Part shown: positions 12,434-26,625 of the stretch, piece after piece
Layout: each line of letters begins with the position of its first letter
Position numbering within the stretch: the first letter of the stretch is position 1
Origin: Azolla caroliniana
Lineage: Eukaryota > Plantae > Polypodiophyta
DNA: 64,000 bases
Direction: 5' to 3'
Assembly: GCA_043228905.1 (NCBI GenBank)
Contig: JBHGNT010000013.1
Location: 13,268,001-13,332,000 of the forward strand
Position numbers and translations under genes: made by a program
The notes under the pieces: model-generated
What the model was told of the DNA's origin: nothing
Databases searched by the model: none
What the model saw: the letters and a program-made list of their open reading frames with translations, nothing else

Positions 12434-12586
12434 CTTCCGTGTCTGTGTGGGGGACATCCATCCATCCATCCAGTGAAGAGGGAGGAGGGTAGAATTAGGG
12501 AGAGAGGCAAGCAGAGTGAGTGATTTGATCCATCCATCCATCCATCAATCAATCAATCAATCAATCAAATCAAGCCGGAAGCTTGA

Positions 12587-13030
12587 ATGGCATCCACCAT
12601 GGCCATGATCGCACCTCAATCTACCACACCTTCCATGGCCACGCTCCCACTCGGTAGGAGCCCCATGAACGTGAAAGCCAACCGCCTGCAATACCGTGCA
12701 GGGAATCCATCCTTCTTCCACCTCCGCAGCAGCAACAGCACCAGCACGACGACCTCTACGTCTGGCAGGAGCGGCGCCATAGTGGCCATGTGCAAATCTC
12801 CCTCCTCCAGCATCAGAGACGTCCTTCAAGAGAGCATCAAGGAAGCGGAGGAGGTGTGTGCGGCCGAAGGGGGCTCCGGAGAGTGTGCGGCCGCCTGGGA
12901 TGCAGTCGAGGAGATCAGCGCCACCATCTCTCACAAGAAGCAAGAAGGCAGCTCCGAGGAAAAGGATCCCTTGGAGAAGTTCTGCAAAGATGCACCCGAG
13001 GCCGACGAGTGCAGAGTCTATGAAGATTAG
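12587..13030 (+). CDS. CP12: Calvin cycle protein CP12, chloroplast precursor (147 aa, intronless)
   Basis: Ser/Thr-rich transit peptide; C..EGGSGECAAAWDAVEE (AWD_VEE motif); C-terminal DPLEKFCKDAPEADECRVYED with both Cys pairs. Confidence 0.97.
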   Translation: MASTMAMIAPQSTTPSMATLPLGRSPMNVKANRLQYRAGNPSFFHLRSSNSTSTTTSTSGRSGAIVAMCKSPSSSIRDVLQESIKEAEEVCAAEGGSGECAAAWDAVEEISATISHKKQEGSSEEKDPLEKFCKDAPEADECRVYED

Positions 13031-16000
13031 TTAACATCCCCCCCCCCCCCCCTTTTCCTGTACTTTCTTTGTCCACCATTTTGTTGTTAATGCCTGTTGT
13101 TGTTCATGTTGTTGTTACCCTTTTATTCATAATTTAGTCTAAAACCCTAAAAAAAAAAACAACATCTTCTTGTGGTAAGTCTGTCTTTTCTTTTTGCTTG
13201 TTTTCTTTCCCTTTTGTATATCTTTTCATTTCCAATTGTACTTAAAATCTATTGTATGGTTGTCTTCATCCAATTCATGAGAGAAAGGAAATGAACGATC
13301 CAATCCATGGATTGAGCCCAAACATCATGAATGTTTCCCAAACAAAACATGAAATATGGAGGAAATAGTTTGTCTCTAATGAGTCGCACTGTTCCTTGTT
13401 ACTGATTCATAGTTTTTTTTGCATGCTTGTGATCTGTATATCATTTCATTTTAGCTTACCACTATGTTTCGTTTCTTGTCTTGGTCCAAAGATGGAACTA
13501 AATGAATGATTCACACACATGTATTGTTGTTGAATGATGTATGATCCGTGTTCATAGTCTAAACTGAAACAACAGCCCTTGTAATCAAGAAATTTTGTTA
13601 GGCCTCAGGTAAAATATAACCGACCCTAAGTCTATCGAGTTCAGATGAATAGTTCCGGCCTTTGACCCACCGCCCAACTTCATGGATGGACACTCGAGTG
13701 TGTGCATACGATGCATACGTATTCCATCTATGGGATACCCGCTTTTCCATTTTACCCTAAGACCATGTTTATGTATGCATAGATTTTGTGGATAGATAGA
13801 TGCCATGGGTTTATGGGTATATATAAACCTGGTGAGATGATTTGGCACCTCACTAGGTAAGTCGATGTATGTGTATGGGAGGTCTTGTGTACATGTACTT
13901 CCCGACACATACATACACATTACTCCTGAACACTTGTAATGTTTGCTTAGGGAAATCTCCTCTGAAATCCTGGGTAGTTGTTTTCCGGAAGGAATATTAA
14001 CAAAAGAAGATTTTCCATGCATATATGTTGTCACAACAACAGAATTGTTCGTGACATGCTGGCTTGAGAATGCAATTGAAGAGAGTCATTGCTTAATAGG
14101 GGAGTATGTGGGGAGAAAAATGAACATTGGAAATATGATCATGTGACTATTTTGTGGTCTTAACTTTGCCTGGTATGTGATAAGTTAGTGATTGACTAAC
14201 TTGGTCGTTTACAACAAAGCAACTTGTTTGCCCAAGTGGTTACAGATGTGAATTTATTTGGCGAGGTTATGTAGATGGTGCAATGGATGATCAAAGTTAT
14301 TAAAGGACCAATTCTTATTCAAGTATGTATAGGTTTGTAAAAACATAGTGCTCATTGTGGTTTCATATCTATCTTATTGGGTGGATTCCAAGATTCTGCA
14401 ATGTTAAATTTGGTGTGTGAAAAAGGAAAATATTCCACTGCTTATTGTATGTGAGGCAACAATCAGCTTTTTCCATCTTTCTCAAACAAGCAATTATAAT
14501 TGTATTCATTAACGTCATAAAGCAATTTGGTAATATATTGATGTTTAGTGTTGTGACATGACTTTCAATGGCCAAAAGCTATGACTTAATAGTGATAATT
14601 GAGATCGTGATTAAAATCCGTTTGCTGCAAGAGAGTTTTTAGTCAGGGCATCATATAAATTCAACGTTGATTTATGAGAAAACTTTGATTCTTTTTACTA
14701 TGATCTACTTGCAATTGTAGATGGATTAAACTCTTGGTTTTTTCAAGAATCTTTGGATTCACATGTAGTGGATTGCATATATTTTCTTGTTGGATGAACA
14801 AACGGATGATTTGCATCAGTTTAGTAGGTATATATTTGTGGATGGGATGAAAAAGTTAAATACTGACAATTGGGGTTCTTCACATTGGGTATTAAACAAA
14901 ACAATAAGGGGGCAAGTCATGATTTGATATAGATATCATGGTAGAACATTGTAGTATATGTGTTGGTACGAGAAAAAAAAAGTAATAATGTTAACCAAAT
15001 AGGAGGATGCAAAACTTTTGTAACATAACTCACAACATGATCTTTCATAGTAAATCAATTTGAATAACCAAATGCCTAGCATAAATGAACATTTTTCTAT
15101 GATATAATTTAGGTAAAATAACACTTTGGTCTTGTGGAGTGGAGACATGGATGGAAAGAATCTTCCTAGGAATTACCGCTACATCACTTTCAAATGCTAG
15201 AATGCAATAACAATCTTTTCTACATTTAACTACCTCATGCCACTCGTGCCAATGTTCCATACCAAGAACACTTTGTTGGTACACACAAAGATAAAAAGAA
15301 GTAGGGGGAGGAATGCCTCAAGAAGTTGAAAGATAGACATTGGATGGTTCTAATATGTCGTCCTTAATGAGGAACGTTCACTTGGTTCCTAGTAGTGAGG
15401 AAGATTTAAAGTTCTCGATTTATTAACAAGGTGCCCAAACAGTAAGAGTAAATAAATGTATGGTTTTTGATGCTATATGATTTGTATGAGCAATAATAAA
15501 GCTTTCTAGTATAATACAATATTAAGAAACTGGGCACCATCTCCTCATGTATGAACAATAGAGGGGTATCTTTCTAATTTACTTCATGTGGGTAGTACAA
15601 ACCACTCCTCTAGGCACCCTTTTGATAAAGTTATAATTGTTAAGATCTAATGGTCATGTTGCTCAAGACTTCAACACACACTCTTAAGGCATGAAATCAC
15701 ATGCTTACTACCAAACCATAATTTGTATATTCTATGACTTCATATGAGAAGCGGATTAATCGATAAGCAATAGTTTGAACACATGAGGATAGCTAAAGGC
15801 ATCCATAAAGGCTATGCTATCACACTTTGAAATGTATATCTATATTGTTAACATTTGTATTAAGTTGAGTACCTTTCTACTCATAATATAGTCAAGGACA
15901 AGAGCTTGTGATCAAGCCTAGAAATTTGATACAAGTAACACTAGTTGTGGATATTGATGTGACAAAAGCCACATTTGACTTGCAACTCCTAAAGCACCGC

Positions 16001-16307
16001 ACAACTTCCGTTCAGGGTATTGCCAGTATCTTCTTTGTTCTCGACATTAGCCACACAGCATGACAGAATTCAAAGTTAATCGGCGTGGTGACAACTCATG
16101 GCATTGCAAACGAGCAAATAAATGTACACAAACTAGTGCCATTATCCATAGAGGACAAGGACTCGAGGGAATCCCGACGTGTGGTGCCATTTCCGAAGCA
16201 CATGATTTCCAGCGAAAAAGCTTTTCCGGTCGACAGAATGAATGCCAATCACCTCGGATCACAGTCTATGTATGTATTGTGAGCCGGTCGGCAGACATGA
16301 GGAATCT

Positions 16308-16431
16308 CTTCATCATCATCATCATCATCATCATCATCTTCTTATTGTCATTAGGCTTCTTCTTCTTCTTCTTCTTCTTCTTATTGTCATTAGGCTTCTT
16401 CCTTCTTCTTCTTCTTCTTCTTCTTCTTCTT
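16308..16431. repeat. (CAT)n/(CTT)n microsatellites with a duplicated TTATTGTCATTAGGC spacer
   Basis: Read directly from the sequence. Confidence 0.9.
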
Positions 16432-16706
16432 GAAGTAGCAGTAGCAAATGAGTTATGTAGTAGTAGAGTTAGTAGTAAGCACAAGCAAAACACACACGAA
16501 GGAACCGCCATCGCCATCGCCATCGCCATCGCCAACAGCAACAGCACAGAAGAGTCAGTCTCTCTGACGCCTCTTCCCCCTGCGCTCTTCCTCTCTCTCT
16601 CTCTCTCTCTCTCACAAATTGAGGCCTCCCCCATGCCCTGGTAAGACGGAGCTTCATCATCTCCTCCCCCACCCCTGTTTCCCCCTTCCCTTCCGAGAGC
16701 AATATC

Positions 16707-19700
16707 ATGTGTACCAGAATGCTGCTTCATTCGGATTCCTGGTTCGACCTCAGCGACAGACGGATATTGCCCCTGGAGGCTGTCCATGGCCTCCGAACAT
16801 TCCCCTGCGCCAGCGTCTTCGGCAAAGTCATGTCTTACTTCCCCTTTGCCTCCGCTTCGGTGCACAATTTCTCTCAACGAAGACACGCTAAGAAGACGAC
16901 GTTCAACAGAGCTTCTGCACCTTCTGCTGCATATGCACGCAGACCTTGGCAAGACGACACCATATCCGAACCTAGGCATGATACTTTCAACGACAGTTTC
17001 AATATTGTAAAGGAAGCATCTTTCTCTGAGGACTGGAATGACTCCGAGAACTACAATGAAGCCAAGATAAAGGTCATAGGAGTCGGAGGAGGAGGTTCCA
17101 ATGCAGTGAACAGGATGCTTGAGAGTGACATGAAAGGCGTGGAATTTTGGATAGTGAACACAGACTTGCAAGCCCTGAAAATGTCCCCTTTGGCTATGGA
17201 AAACCGGTTGCAAATTGGGTCGCACCTTACGAGAGGTCTTGGTGCCGGAGGGAACCCTGACATAGGCATGAATGCAGCAGAAGAAAGTAGAGCTCTTGTT
17301 GAAGAAGCAGTACGAGGGGCAGATATGGTGTTTGTTACGGTATCTCTTTCTCTCGCATTCTTTTTATGTTTTACTTATTGATGAGATCTCTCAGAAGAGT
17401 ATGTTTTCATGCCTTCCATTGAATTATATACAATATAGTGGAAGTGATGTCCATGTTTTTGGTGACAGTATGCCTCTCTCTTGTTCAATTGGAGCTTTAG
17501 CCTTTTATGTGTCTGATTGAATGATGTTCAGACAGGTGCACGCACCGATGGGAACTTATAAATTAATATTAATTTAATGTTAGGCATAGAAATATCTAGA
17601 GATGTCTAGAGGTTCTTTGTTTGTAACTTTGAAATGGAATTCAAGCTTTGCTAGTGTAAAAATCATATAAAGTGTTTATGTGTCCAGTTGAGTGGCATTC
17701 AAGTAGGAGGTAAAAAGTGAACCTCTCTACAAACAGATGGGAAATTAATTGGGTGTATTGTGACTCCATGGATTTGATAAAATGTAGGGTGTAAAACATT
17801 CTAAAAGTAGTTTCAATTACCATAATTTGCAGGCTGGCATGGGTGGTGGAACTGGTAGTGGAGCCGCACCTGTCATTGCTGGAGTTGCAAAATCACTTGG
17901 GATTTTGACTGTAGGGATTGTAACCACTCCTTTCTCATTTGAAGGCCGCAGGAGAGGACGGCAAGCACAAGAAGGGATTGCTGCCTTGAGAGATAATGTT
18001 GACACTCTTATTACGATTCCTAATGATAAACTTTTGGCAGCTGTATCACAGTCAACACCAGTGACAGAAGCTTTTAACTTGGCTGATGATATCCTTCGTC
18101 AAGGTGTCAAGGGAATTTCGGACATTATTACAGTATGTGTTTTTCTTTTTCTGTCCCGACATGACAGGTTTTACTAATTCTAAAGACCTAATATTCAAAA
18201 CATTGAAATGCTAACTTTTGTGTAGGTGCCTGGTCTTGTTAATGTGGACTTTGCTGATGTGCGGACAATTATGACTGATGCAGGCTCTTCGTTAATGGGA
18301 ATTGGCACTGCTAGTGGTAACTCTCTCTCTCTCTCCCTAAATATAAATAGATTTGAACAACTGCAACATAGTAGAATAGTATACAAATCCAGAAAGAAAC
18401 ACCGACAATGTATTAATATTTTAAAACTACATTATTCTGATAACTTCATTTATTAAGGGACTCATCTGCTATTTCACTTGAAATTTAGATGATTTACTAC
18501 TCAATATTACGATAGAGGAGACCCCAAATTTGGTATGGATGTACCATCAGTGCATAATATTTTGCAAATTTGGGTGAAACCCCAAATTGGTTGTACCATC
18601 CATTTTGCTACCCATCAAAGTCTGTGTACTCACTTTGAAGGCCCTATCATGTTTGCTGCATAAATAGTACATGCTCTCTTCTAAATGCTGTATATTTAGC
18701 CTCTATCCATCTATCAATATGGTTTTCCTTGCAACAACACTTGCTTCTTTTCCGTGATTTTGTATGGACCAATGCTCATGAGCACATGTTTATCTGAGAA
18801 CTCATGCTCAGGATCATGTTCAGAATTAATGCTTATGTTTCTCTAGCTTAAACTTCAATACTCCTCATCCTCAGCCCATTCCTTATAATGCTCATGCCCT
18901 GGGTGCTATAAAGGTGTGGAATCTGAGTTGAAATGTACCCAATCCCCAACTTCCATAACTCTTCTATGTTATCTCATGCTATCTCCTGATGCCATCTTTG
19001 ATAATACTGTAGAAGAACGAATATGTGCACCTCTAATGCATGCGTTATATATACTAGGAAAAGGGTATTGACTGTGATATGATCCTCCAATTTTATGGAC
19101 CAGTTCAGCTCACGTTGGTTTATATGGTTGCAATGATCACCTTGTTGCTGAATTGATTAATTTGTGACCATTTCATGGCGGGGATACAGATGACATCTGC
19201 CCCATTATGGCGTCGATTATCACTATTTTTTTCTAATTTGTTTTTACTTTGTGGCCAATATGCATGGCAGATTATGCACAACCTTATTTTTGGAACTATG
19301 CATATACATTTAAATCAGGGATGGTGGTTTTCTTGCATGTGAACTTCTATTGCAAGAGATCTGGCACTTTGTTGTTTGTCTTATAATCAGCTCTTCGAAG
19401 AAGAGAAAAAAAGAAAGTTACATTATCGTCTACCCAGGAGACAATTCAGAAATACAAACAGTAGTGTGAGATGATGAATATTAACTTCCATGGGGGGGGA
19501 GGGAGAGCATGACCCATGGGACCAACAATCGTCATACACCACTCCCCTAGTGGTGTATGTGAGGGGATTCTAAAATAGTAGAACAAACAGAAGAACTAAA
19601 AGCTTAGAAAGGAAAACCTCGCTTGTTTCCAAATTTCTCTGTTTGGATCTTCTACAAGTTTGGTTCTGTTATTGAGTAAACAAGCAAAAAGTGTTCCTAG

Positions 19701-21473
19701 TGGTTCTGGTGTTCTTCTTCAAAGCAAGTACAACCTTGTATGAATTCTTGAAAATCATGCCTGATGTCCTCAAATGTGTGACATTCTAAAATGATAGGTC
19801 AGAGATTCTCTTTTCCTTCTCAATATTGAACCAACCCCCATTTCCTATTTTCAATTTGTGTGAGCTTATGTGGTTCAGTTTGAGGGCATGTCTCATTTTG
19901 CTTCGGCATGGCTGTCCAGACGTAGGCTTGGGCGTCAGGCCAGCCACCTTCAGTAATCTTCCCAGTATTTAGCTGTTCTCCATTTCTTGTGGATGGCTTC
20001 CAATGTTTCTGAGTAAAACATGGACTCATGTTGTCCTGTCCCTTTCTTTTTGGCTACATTTACATCCAAATATTCTTCAGCATGCCATCTTGCAAACCAT
20101 TTCTAAATATCTTGGACCCATCTGGGTGAAAGAAATTTGCTTCTGGAGGTTTTCTGTGGTAAGCATCCAATTTCCCATGCAACATTGGAGAGGAATGGAG
20201 TACAGTTTTGTGCTCTTAACTGCTAAATGGTAGTGTAAAACTTCCTTTCTTATTTTCTCTATTTCATTTCATGAGCTTAGTGAAATATTTCCATCCAAAC
20301 CTCAGTTTCGTTAAGCAGAGTTCTCACCAAACATACATTGAATACTATTGCTCTAATCTCCTGTCTGGGGTTTTCCTCCAGTACCAAATCCTCTCGAAGT
20401 TATAGTATTGGATTGTACTGGCCTCTATTCTCCTAGTTAGACGCTGTTCCAAGTGTAATGACTCAGTATGTCAAACTATTAACCGCGCTAATCGATTGCC
20501 TCCTCATCATTGTACACTACAGGCCGATGACATTCAGATTTGAGAGACAGTGATTGAGAGTGTGCTAAATTTTAATGGTCTGCTTACGCACCTGAACTTT
20601 CAGGGAAATCAAGGGCAAGAGATGCAGCGATGAATGCAATCCAATCACCTCTACTTGATGTAGGCATAGAAAGAGCTACTGGAATTGTTTGGAATATCAC
20701 TGGAGGCACAGATTTAACACTATTTGAGGTAATTTCAGTCTTTAATGCAGTGTAAATGCAGTATGTTTTCACATGGGAACGTCAATGTTAAAGTTTCTAT
20801 TTACAGGTAAATGCTGCAGCAGAGGTTATTTACGATCTTGTAGATCCGAATGCCAATTTGATATTTGGTGCAGTTGTGGATGAATCCTATAGTGGCCAGG
20901 TACAAACATGCAAATTCTGCTCAGTTTGACAGTGCTTTGCAAGCTCCCTGGCTACTACATGTGCAAATTTATGTGTAGGATTATTGTTCGATGTGTATGT
21001 GTGAATGAGAGGAATATGTTCTCAAAACTATTCTTTGTTAATGCATTTATGATATAATGGGTATGGTTATTGAAGAAAGAAAAATGAGAATGTTACTCAT
21101 GTTGAACGGGAACTCATGGATTTCGGAAATGAATGTATATACACAGGTTAGCATCACGCTAATTGCAACTGGCTTCAAAGGTCATGTTGAAGGAGAACGG
21201 GTAATCACTCTTCTACATATACATATGAAGTAGCTTAACTCTATAGATATGCATTAGATGGATCTTAATTATAGATATGCATCTTATTGAACCTAACTGT
21301 CAATACGAATCCGATTAAGTTGAAGTGGAATTTCCATAATATTTCAAATATTTGCATGTATGCAGCAAGTATCCCTCCCTACACTTACTCGCCCATCAGC
21401 AGCAATAGGTAATGGAGCTCCTGTCGATGTACCCGATTTTCTAAAGAGGCGAGGGCGTGGCCGGAAATACTGA
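16707..21473 (+). CDS. FTSZ2: Plastid division protein FtsZ2 (about 467 aa, 7 exons)
   Basis: Exons 16707-17339, 17833-18132, 18226-18316, 20604-20728, 20807-20899, 21147-21200, 21366-21473, all GT-AG and in frame; [16 protein letters not shown] tubulin signature, NVDFAD; FtsZ2-type C-terminal core [11 protein letters not shown]. Confidence 0.96.
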
Positions 21474-22734
21474 CCTTCCTAAAACTGAATGAAGCAGCAC
21501 AGATTGTATTTATAGAGTTTTAAGCTTAAACACTGATTACTGGGACGTGTTTGTTTGGCCTCTCGCTATGTATCACGTACCTCAATGTTTGTCAATTTTT
21601 TTCCTGCCATCATGCTTGAGGGCATGTTTTTTCCAGGGCAAAGTTAGGAAAATAGACTATGTAAATAACAATTTGAGGATACATAGCTATCCTAATCTCT
21701 TGATAATGGATGGTGAAAATGATAATAGATCCAAAAAACTAAGTAAAATATTGTTTTTGTGTCACTGATGGTAATAAACAACTTTTGGTTTTCAATGATG
21801 TTACTGAAAGGAATCTTCTTAAACAATGGTGGCTGCATGCTATCCCCTAGATTATCCTTTGTAAAATAATTATTGAGTGTGTTCCTCATGAAGATTTTGG
21901 CACCTTAATATGCTCATCATTACGACAAAGCCAAGATAGACTTAACCAACTGGAACCTCTTTGAATGATGTGCCACTTTTTTAATGTGAGCAATTTAAGA
22001 GTTCAATGAATACAGTGCATGATATTGTGTGGTGAGATCTTTCATCCTGATTCCATGCCCTCATCTCACATGGATTATGTTCTTGCTTGTCTTGCAAAAC
22101 AACAATAAAGTGAGTGCAAGAAAGAAGTCCAAATAGCTTAACCAGAATAATTGAAGATTAATATGCAAAAACTGGGAAAATGACTTCTAATCTCTAATTT
22201 GAATGTATAAAATAAGCACATATAATTCTAATTGAGATTGTTGTATGGAGACTTGTATGTCGAGATGGTTGTAGCACTAGGTTTGGAAAAAAATGATGAA
22301 CCCTATATATTGAGAAGTTTGTGTCAAATGTTTGGAAACCTGTGTGGCATGTAGATAGCGAAATGATATATGGTGCAAACAAAGATGTGTGAAATTCAAC
22401 TTTTCAACCGAACACCTTGTGTTGATAACCTAATAGGTTACCACATAATAGAGAGAAATATAATAAATTATAATTTTTATTAGAGGATAATAATAGTTAG
22501 TCACATGAATGTTTTCATGCCTTACATGAATAACATGCTAAATACAATGTGAAAGGCTAGTAGTGAATGGACAAATGCATATGGATCCATAATTCATAGT
22601 TGCAAGATGTGAGGAATATTTCACCCAAGTATTTGATCCAAAAACCAATATTGATCATGATGTTACATGCTCGTAATATTGTTTTTGAGTGGAGTGCGAG
22701 ATCATATGTCTCAAGAGATATAAGAAATCCTTGA

Positions 22735-23249
22735 GGCAAATTTTATAGAAGATGAGGTGGAGAGTGTGATGTTGCATTTGTCAAAAGATAAAAGCCATGG
22801 TTGGGATGGGCTTACAAATGCATTTTTTAAGAAGTGTGTATAAGAGTTGACGGGACCAATCACAATTATGTTTTAACAAGTTTGGAATTCAAGGCATGTT
22901 CCAAATTCATGGAAGATTGGTTTGATAAAGTTATTGCCTAAGGTTCCTTGTTCATCATCTTTTAAGGTCATTGCTAATAGGTTATAGAAATATTTACCCA
23001 TAATTTTATTCATAGATCACAATACGAGTTTATATTAGGAAGAGATTTTCTACATAATATTCTAAATGTACATATAGATGGTTATGGACTTTGCAAAGGA
23101 AGACAATCAAGAGTTGGTCAGGGTACAATTAGATCTAGAAAAGGCTTATGGTAATGTGAATTGGTCCTTTGTGAGGGAGTTAACGACACATTTGGAATTC
23201 AACAAATGCATATGTATTTCATCGAATTTCATATGTGATATATGTATAT
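22735..23249 (+). mobile_element. Degenerate L1-like LINE RT fragment
   Basis: EDEVESV..LSKDKSHGWDGLTNAFFK and LDLEKAYGNVNWSF. Confidence 0.8.
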
Positions 23250-26200
23250 TGCGGTGTCCCTTTCATGCGAGTGCATGCCTCTTAACACACCACCCTTTTA
23301 GCACACCACCCCTTTTAGCCCACCCTTTTGGGACACGCTAGGCCGGCCCAAAATGGGTACCATTGTATCTTCTATCAATTGAACGATAAGTAAGAAGTTA
23401 GGCAAGCTGGTTTGGTTTCCTTTTATGTGCATTTCACATAATTGGTGGAGAAGCGGGGTAAAATTGTAGCCATTACTACCTCGTTCATGGCATCCCAATT
23501 CCCTCCCGTCACCTCAAACGCTGATACCCCAATGGAGCCTGAGTTCTCGCAACCTCACGAACAACCACCCCCTTCCCAAATGGAGTAGCTCCTCAAACTC
23601 CTCTCCAACACCATGCTTCAAATCAACCATACAAATCAAGCTATGCTTTCCTTCCTCTCCGCTAACAACGACCGCACTCAAGATCGGCCAAATTCCAAGG
23701 TCCGCTCGAAGTCCTTCTCCGGCTTGCCTTCTGAGGATGTCTTAGCCTGGTTGGACCATTTTGAGATGATCTCCAGTTACCATCAATGGTCTGACGAGTA
23801 CACAACTTTGGAAGTTCGTACCCTGCTTGAAAATGTCGTCGCTACCTATTACGTCCAACAATCAAGCGACGTGACAAAGAACTGGGTGATCCTCCGGGAT
23901 TTGCTCGTGCAAAACTTCGCCCATCAAAATTCGGCCCAAACGGCGTTACAACAACTCGAAACGTTGCAACAACAAGCACACGAACTCGTGAGCCAATTTG
24001 GTGTTCGCCTCAATCAATTCCTCGTTCGTGTCGACCCTACCATGCCCAAGCATGTGAAGATTTTCTTCTTATGGCCCCGTTTGCGCCATGACATCACTCG
24101 CCGCGCTCGGGACCAAGGTCCCAAGACATTCAACGACGCCATTCTCATTGCCCAACGCATTGAAGCTTGTACATTATCTCACTCCCAACCATGTTGGCCC
24201 CATCCATCATCGACCGACTTGCACTCCCAATACCAAGGTGCGGCCTCCATGGACATTGATGTGCAAAACATGTAACTGTAGGCTCGCCGCAACCTTCCCA
24301 ATGGCCAAGGGTGCCCGAAGTGTTTCTATTGCACAATTATGGACATGTCTGACGTCACTACTAGAAATTGCAACAACAGTCTCACAAGCAACAAGTCCAG
24401 ATAACTATGGCTGACGCGACATCGTTGGTTGAGCTTCCGGGAATCTGAATTCTAGGGTGCTGATGGAAGAGCCAACCCTTCACATCCAAGTGCCTGCCTG
24501 TTCCAGTTCGCAGATATGCACCTCTCTCGCCACCATTGATCACTGCACCTACACCATCTTGTTAGACTCTGGCAGTAGTATCTCTTCCATTAGCACCGCC
24601 TTAGTTCACCATTTAGGTCTCCCCACATCCACCACTCCTTCCATCCACGTCCTTTTTGGCGATCACCAACATCTTTACCACTCTTGCACGCAAGCCCATT
24701 GCACCTTCACCTTAGGCACTCTCACCGTCTCACACCACTTTTATGCCTTGCCCCACCATCTCTTCCCCCTCACCTTAGGTTGTGATTGGTTCCTCAAGTG
24801 TCGCATTGTGATTGATTTCGATGCCCATAAACTTCTTGTCCCACATGCTCCCCCTATCCCCCTTCTACACGATAGCTCCCTTGTCCCCCACCTTAGCCAA
24901 GTCCAGGTAGCCCTTAGTCCACAAGAGCGATTGGTCTCCATCCGCCAATTATTAGCTCGTTTTCCGTCACTAACCCTCCAACCCACGCATACTCCTACTG
25001 TCTCTTTCCCGGTACAACATGACATTCATACCGGGGAAGCCACTCCGATCCGCATGGCTACCCGCCGACGTTTCCCCCTTGACCATGATCGCATCGATGT
25101 TGCCGTCACCAACATGCTCACTAAAGGTATTATCATTCCTTCCACCAACAATTGGGTTTCGGAACCCCACCTAGTCAAGAAGGATGATGGCACCTTCCGC
25201 TTTTGCATCGACTTCAGGCCTCTCAACAAAGTGACTATCCATGACCTCTACCCGCTCCCTCACGTGGACAACCTCTTGGATCAAATTGGTGGCTCTCGTT
25301 ATTTCACCTCCTTGGACTTAGCTGAGTCGGGATATTGGAATATCCCTCTAAAGCCTTCTGACACCCACAAGACCGCATTCTGCACACGCCGCGGACTATT
25401 CCAATTCACCCGCATGCCGTTCGGCCTGTTGGATGCCGACATCACATTCCAACGCATGGCAAACTCCATCTTCGCCGCCCTTATTAGCAAAGGTGTCCTC
25501 CTCGTTTATCTCGATGACATCCTTATCCATACAACCACTTGGGAGGACCATCTACAAACTCTCATCAAAGTCCTTGCTTGCATAACTAAGCATAACTTGC
25601 AACTCCAATGGAAGAAGTGTTGATGGGGAAGCACCAACCTCCGTTTTCTCGGCTTCATCATCTCTGGCGACGGAATCCATATGGACCCTACAAAGGTGAC
25701 AGCCATCACTGACTACCCCCACCCCACCTCAATAAAATCATTGCAACGTTTTTTGGGCATGAACACCTTTTCCCTTCACTTCATCCCTAACCTCGCCTTG
25801 GTCACTTTTCCCCTTCGCCAACTCTTGAAGAAAGGTGTGTCATTCATTTGGGATCCTGCTTGTGAAGATAGCTTTCGTCGCCTCAAAACCATGATCCAAG
25901 AATCGGGGTTGTTCACCCATCCTAACTTTGGCCAACTGTTCACGTTGTAGACATACGCATCAAACCATGGGTTAGGAGTCGTCCTCTTGCAAGCCGATTG
26001 ACACGAGCAAGAAAAGGTGGTCGCCTTCATTAGCCGCACTCTCACGCTGGTTGAATGCAACTACTCAACCACTGAGAAAGAGCTACTTGCGATCGTCTGG
26101 TCTTTCCAACGTCTTCACCCATACCTTCATGGTGGACAGGTTACGGTTGAGATTGACCACCAACCCTTGCTTTCTCTTATCCATCGACCTCACCCCCTGA

Positions 26201-26625
26201 GCCGCTTGTTGCATTGGACGTTGACACTCCAAGATTATCAATTTACCCTCTCCTTCGGAAATGTCCAACCAATTTGGTCGTTGATAGTCTCTCTCGCGCC
26301 GACTTCCAGGTTGTCCAATTTCTCCCTGAGACATCCGATCTTCCACTACCATTGCCACAACTCGGTACACTTCAGCAACACGAGCCCGCCATCCAAGTGA
26401 TAACCCATCAGTTGCGCTCCCTCCAACCGTTTCCCTCACAACGGCGGTTCATGCTCCGCGATAACTTGGTGTTCTTCATTCAAGTGCATGACGAGCCTCG
26501 TCTCTACATCCCTCATGCCCTACAACAAACGTATCTCCAATTTTATCACAACCACCCATTGTTGGGCCATTTGGGTTTCCATAAGGTTCTTGAAAAATTA
26601 CTCTTAAAGTATTACTGGCCCAACA
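23250..26625 (+). mobile_element. Ty3/gypsy element with short LTR (23250-23438) and tRNA-Ala PBS; gag-PR-RT-RH, truncated at the start of integrase
   Basis: TG...CA 189-bp LTR; PBS TGGTGGAGAAGCGGGGTA at 23443; gag ORF 23613-24275; LLDSGSS, FCIDFRPLN, YLDD, YSTTEKELLA; H..GHLG zinc finger cut off by the next LTR. Confidence 0.92.

Noticed and set aside
16060-17225. ORFs 16060-16644 (+) and 16266-17225 (-)
   Set aside because: Microsatellite-derived homopolymer runs or antisense shadow of FtsZ2.
12587-21473. CP12-FtsZ2 plastid gene cluster
   Set aside because: Adjacency of two plastid-targeted genes is expected by chance; no shared pathway or co-regulation evidence.
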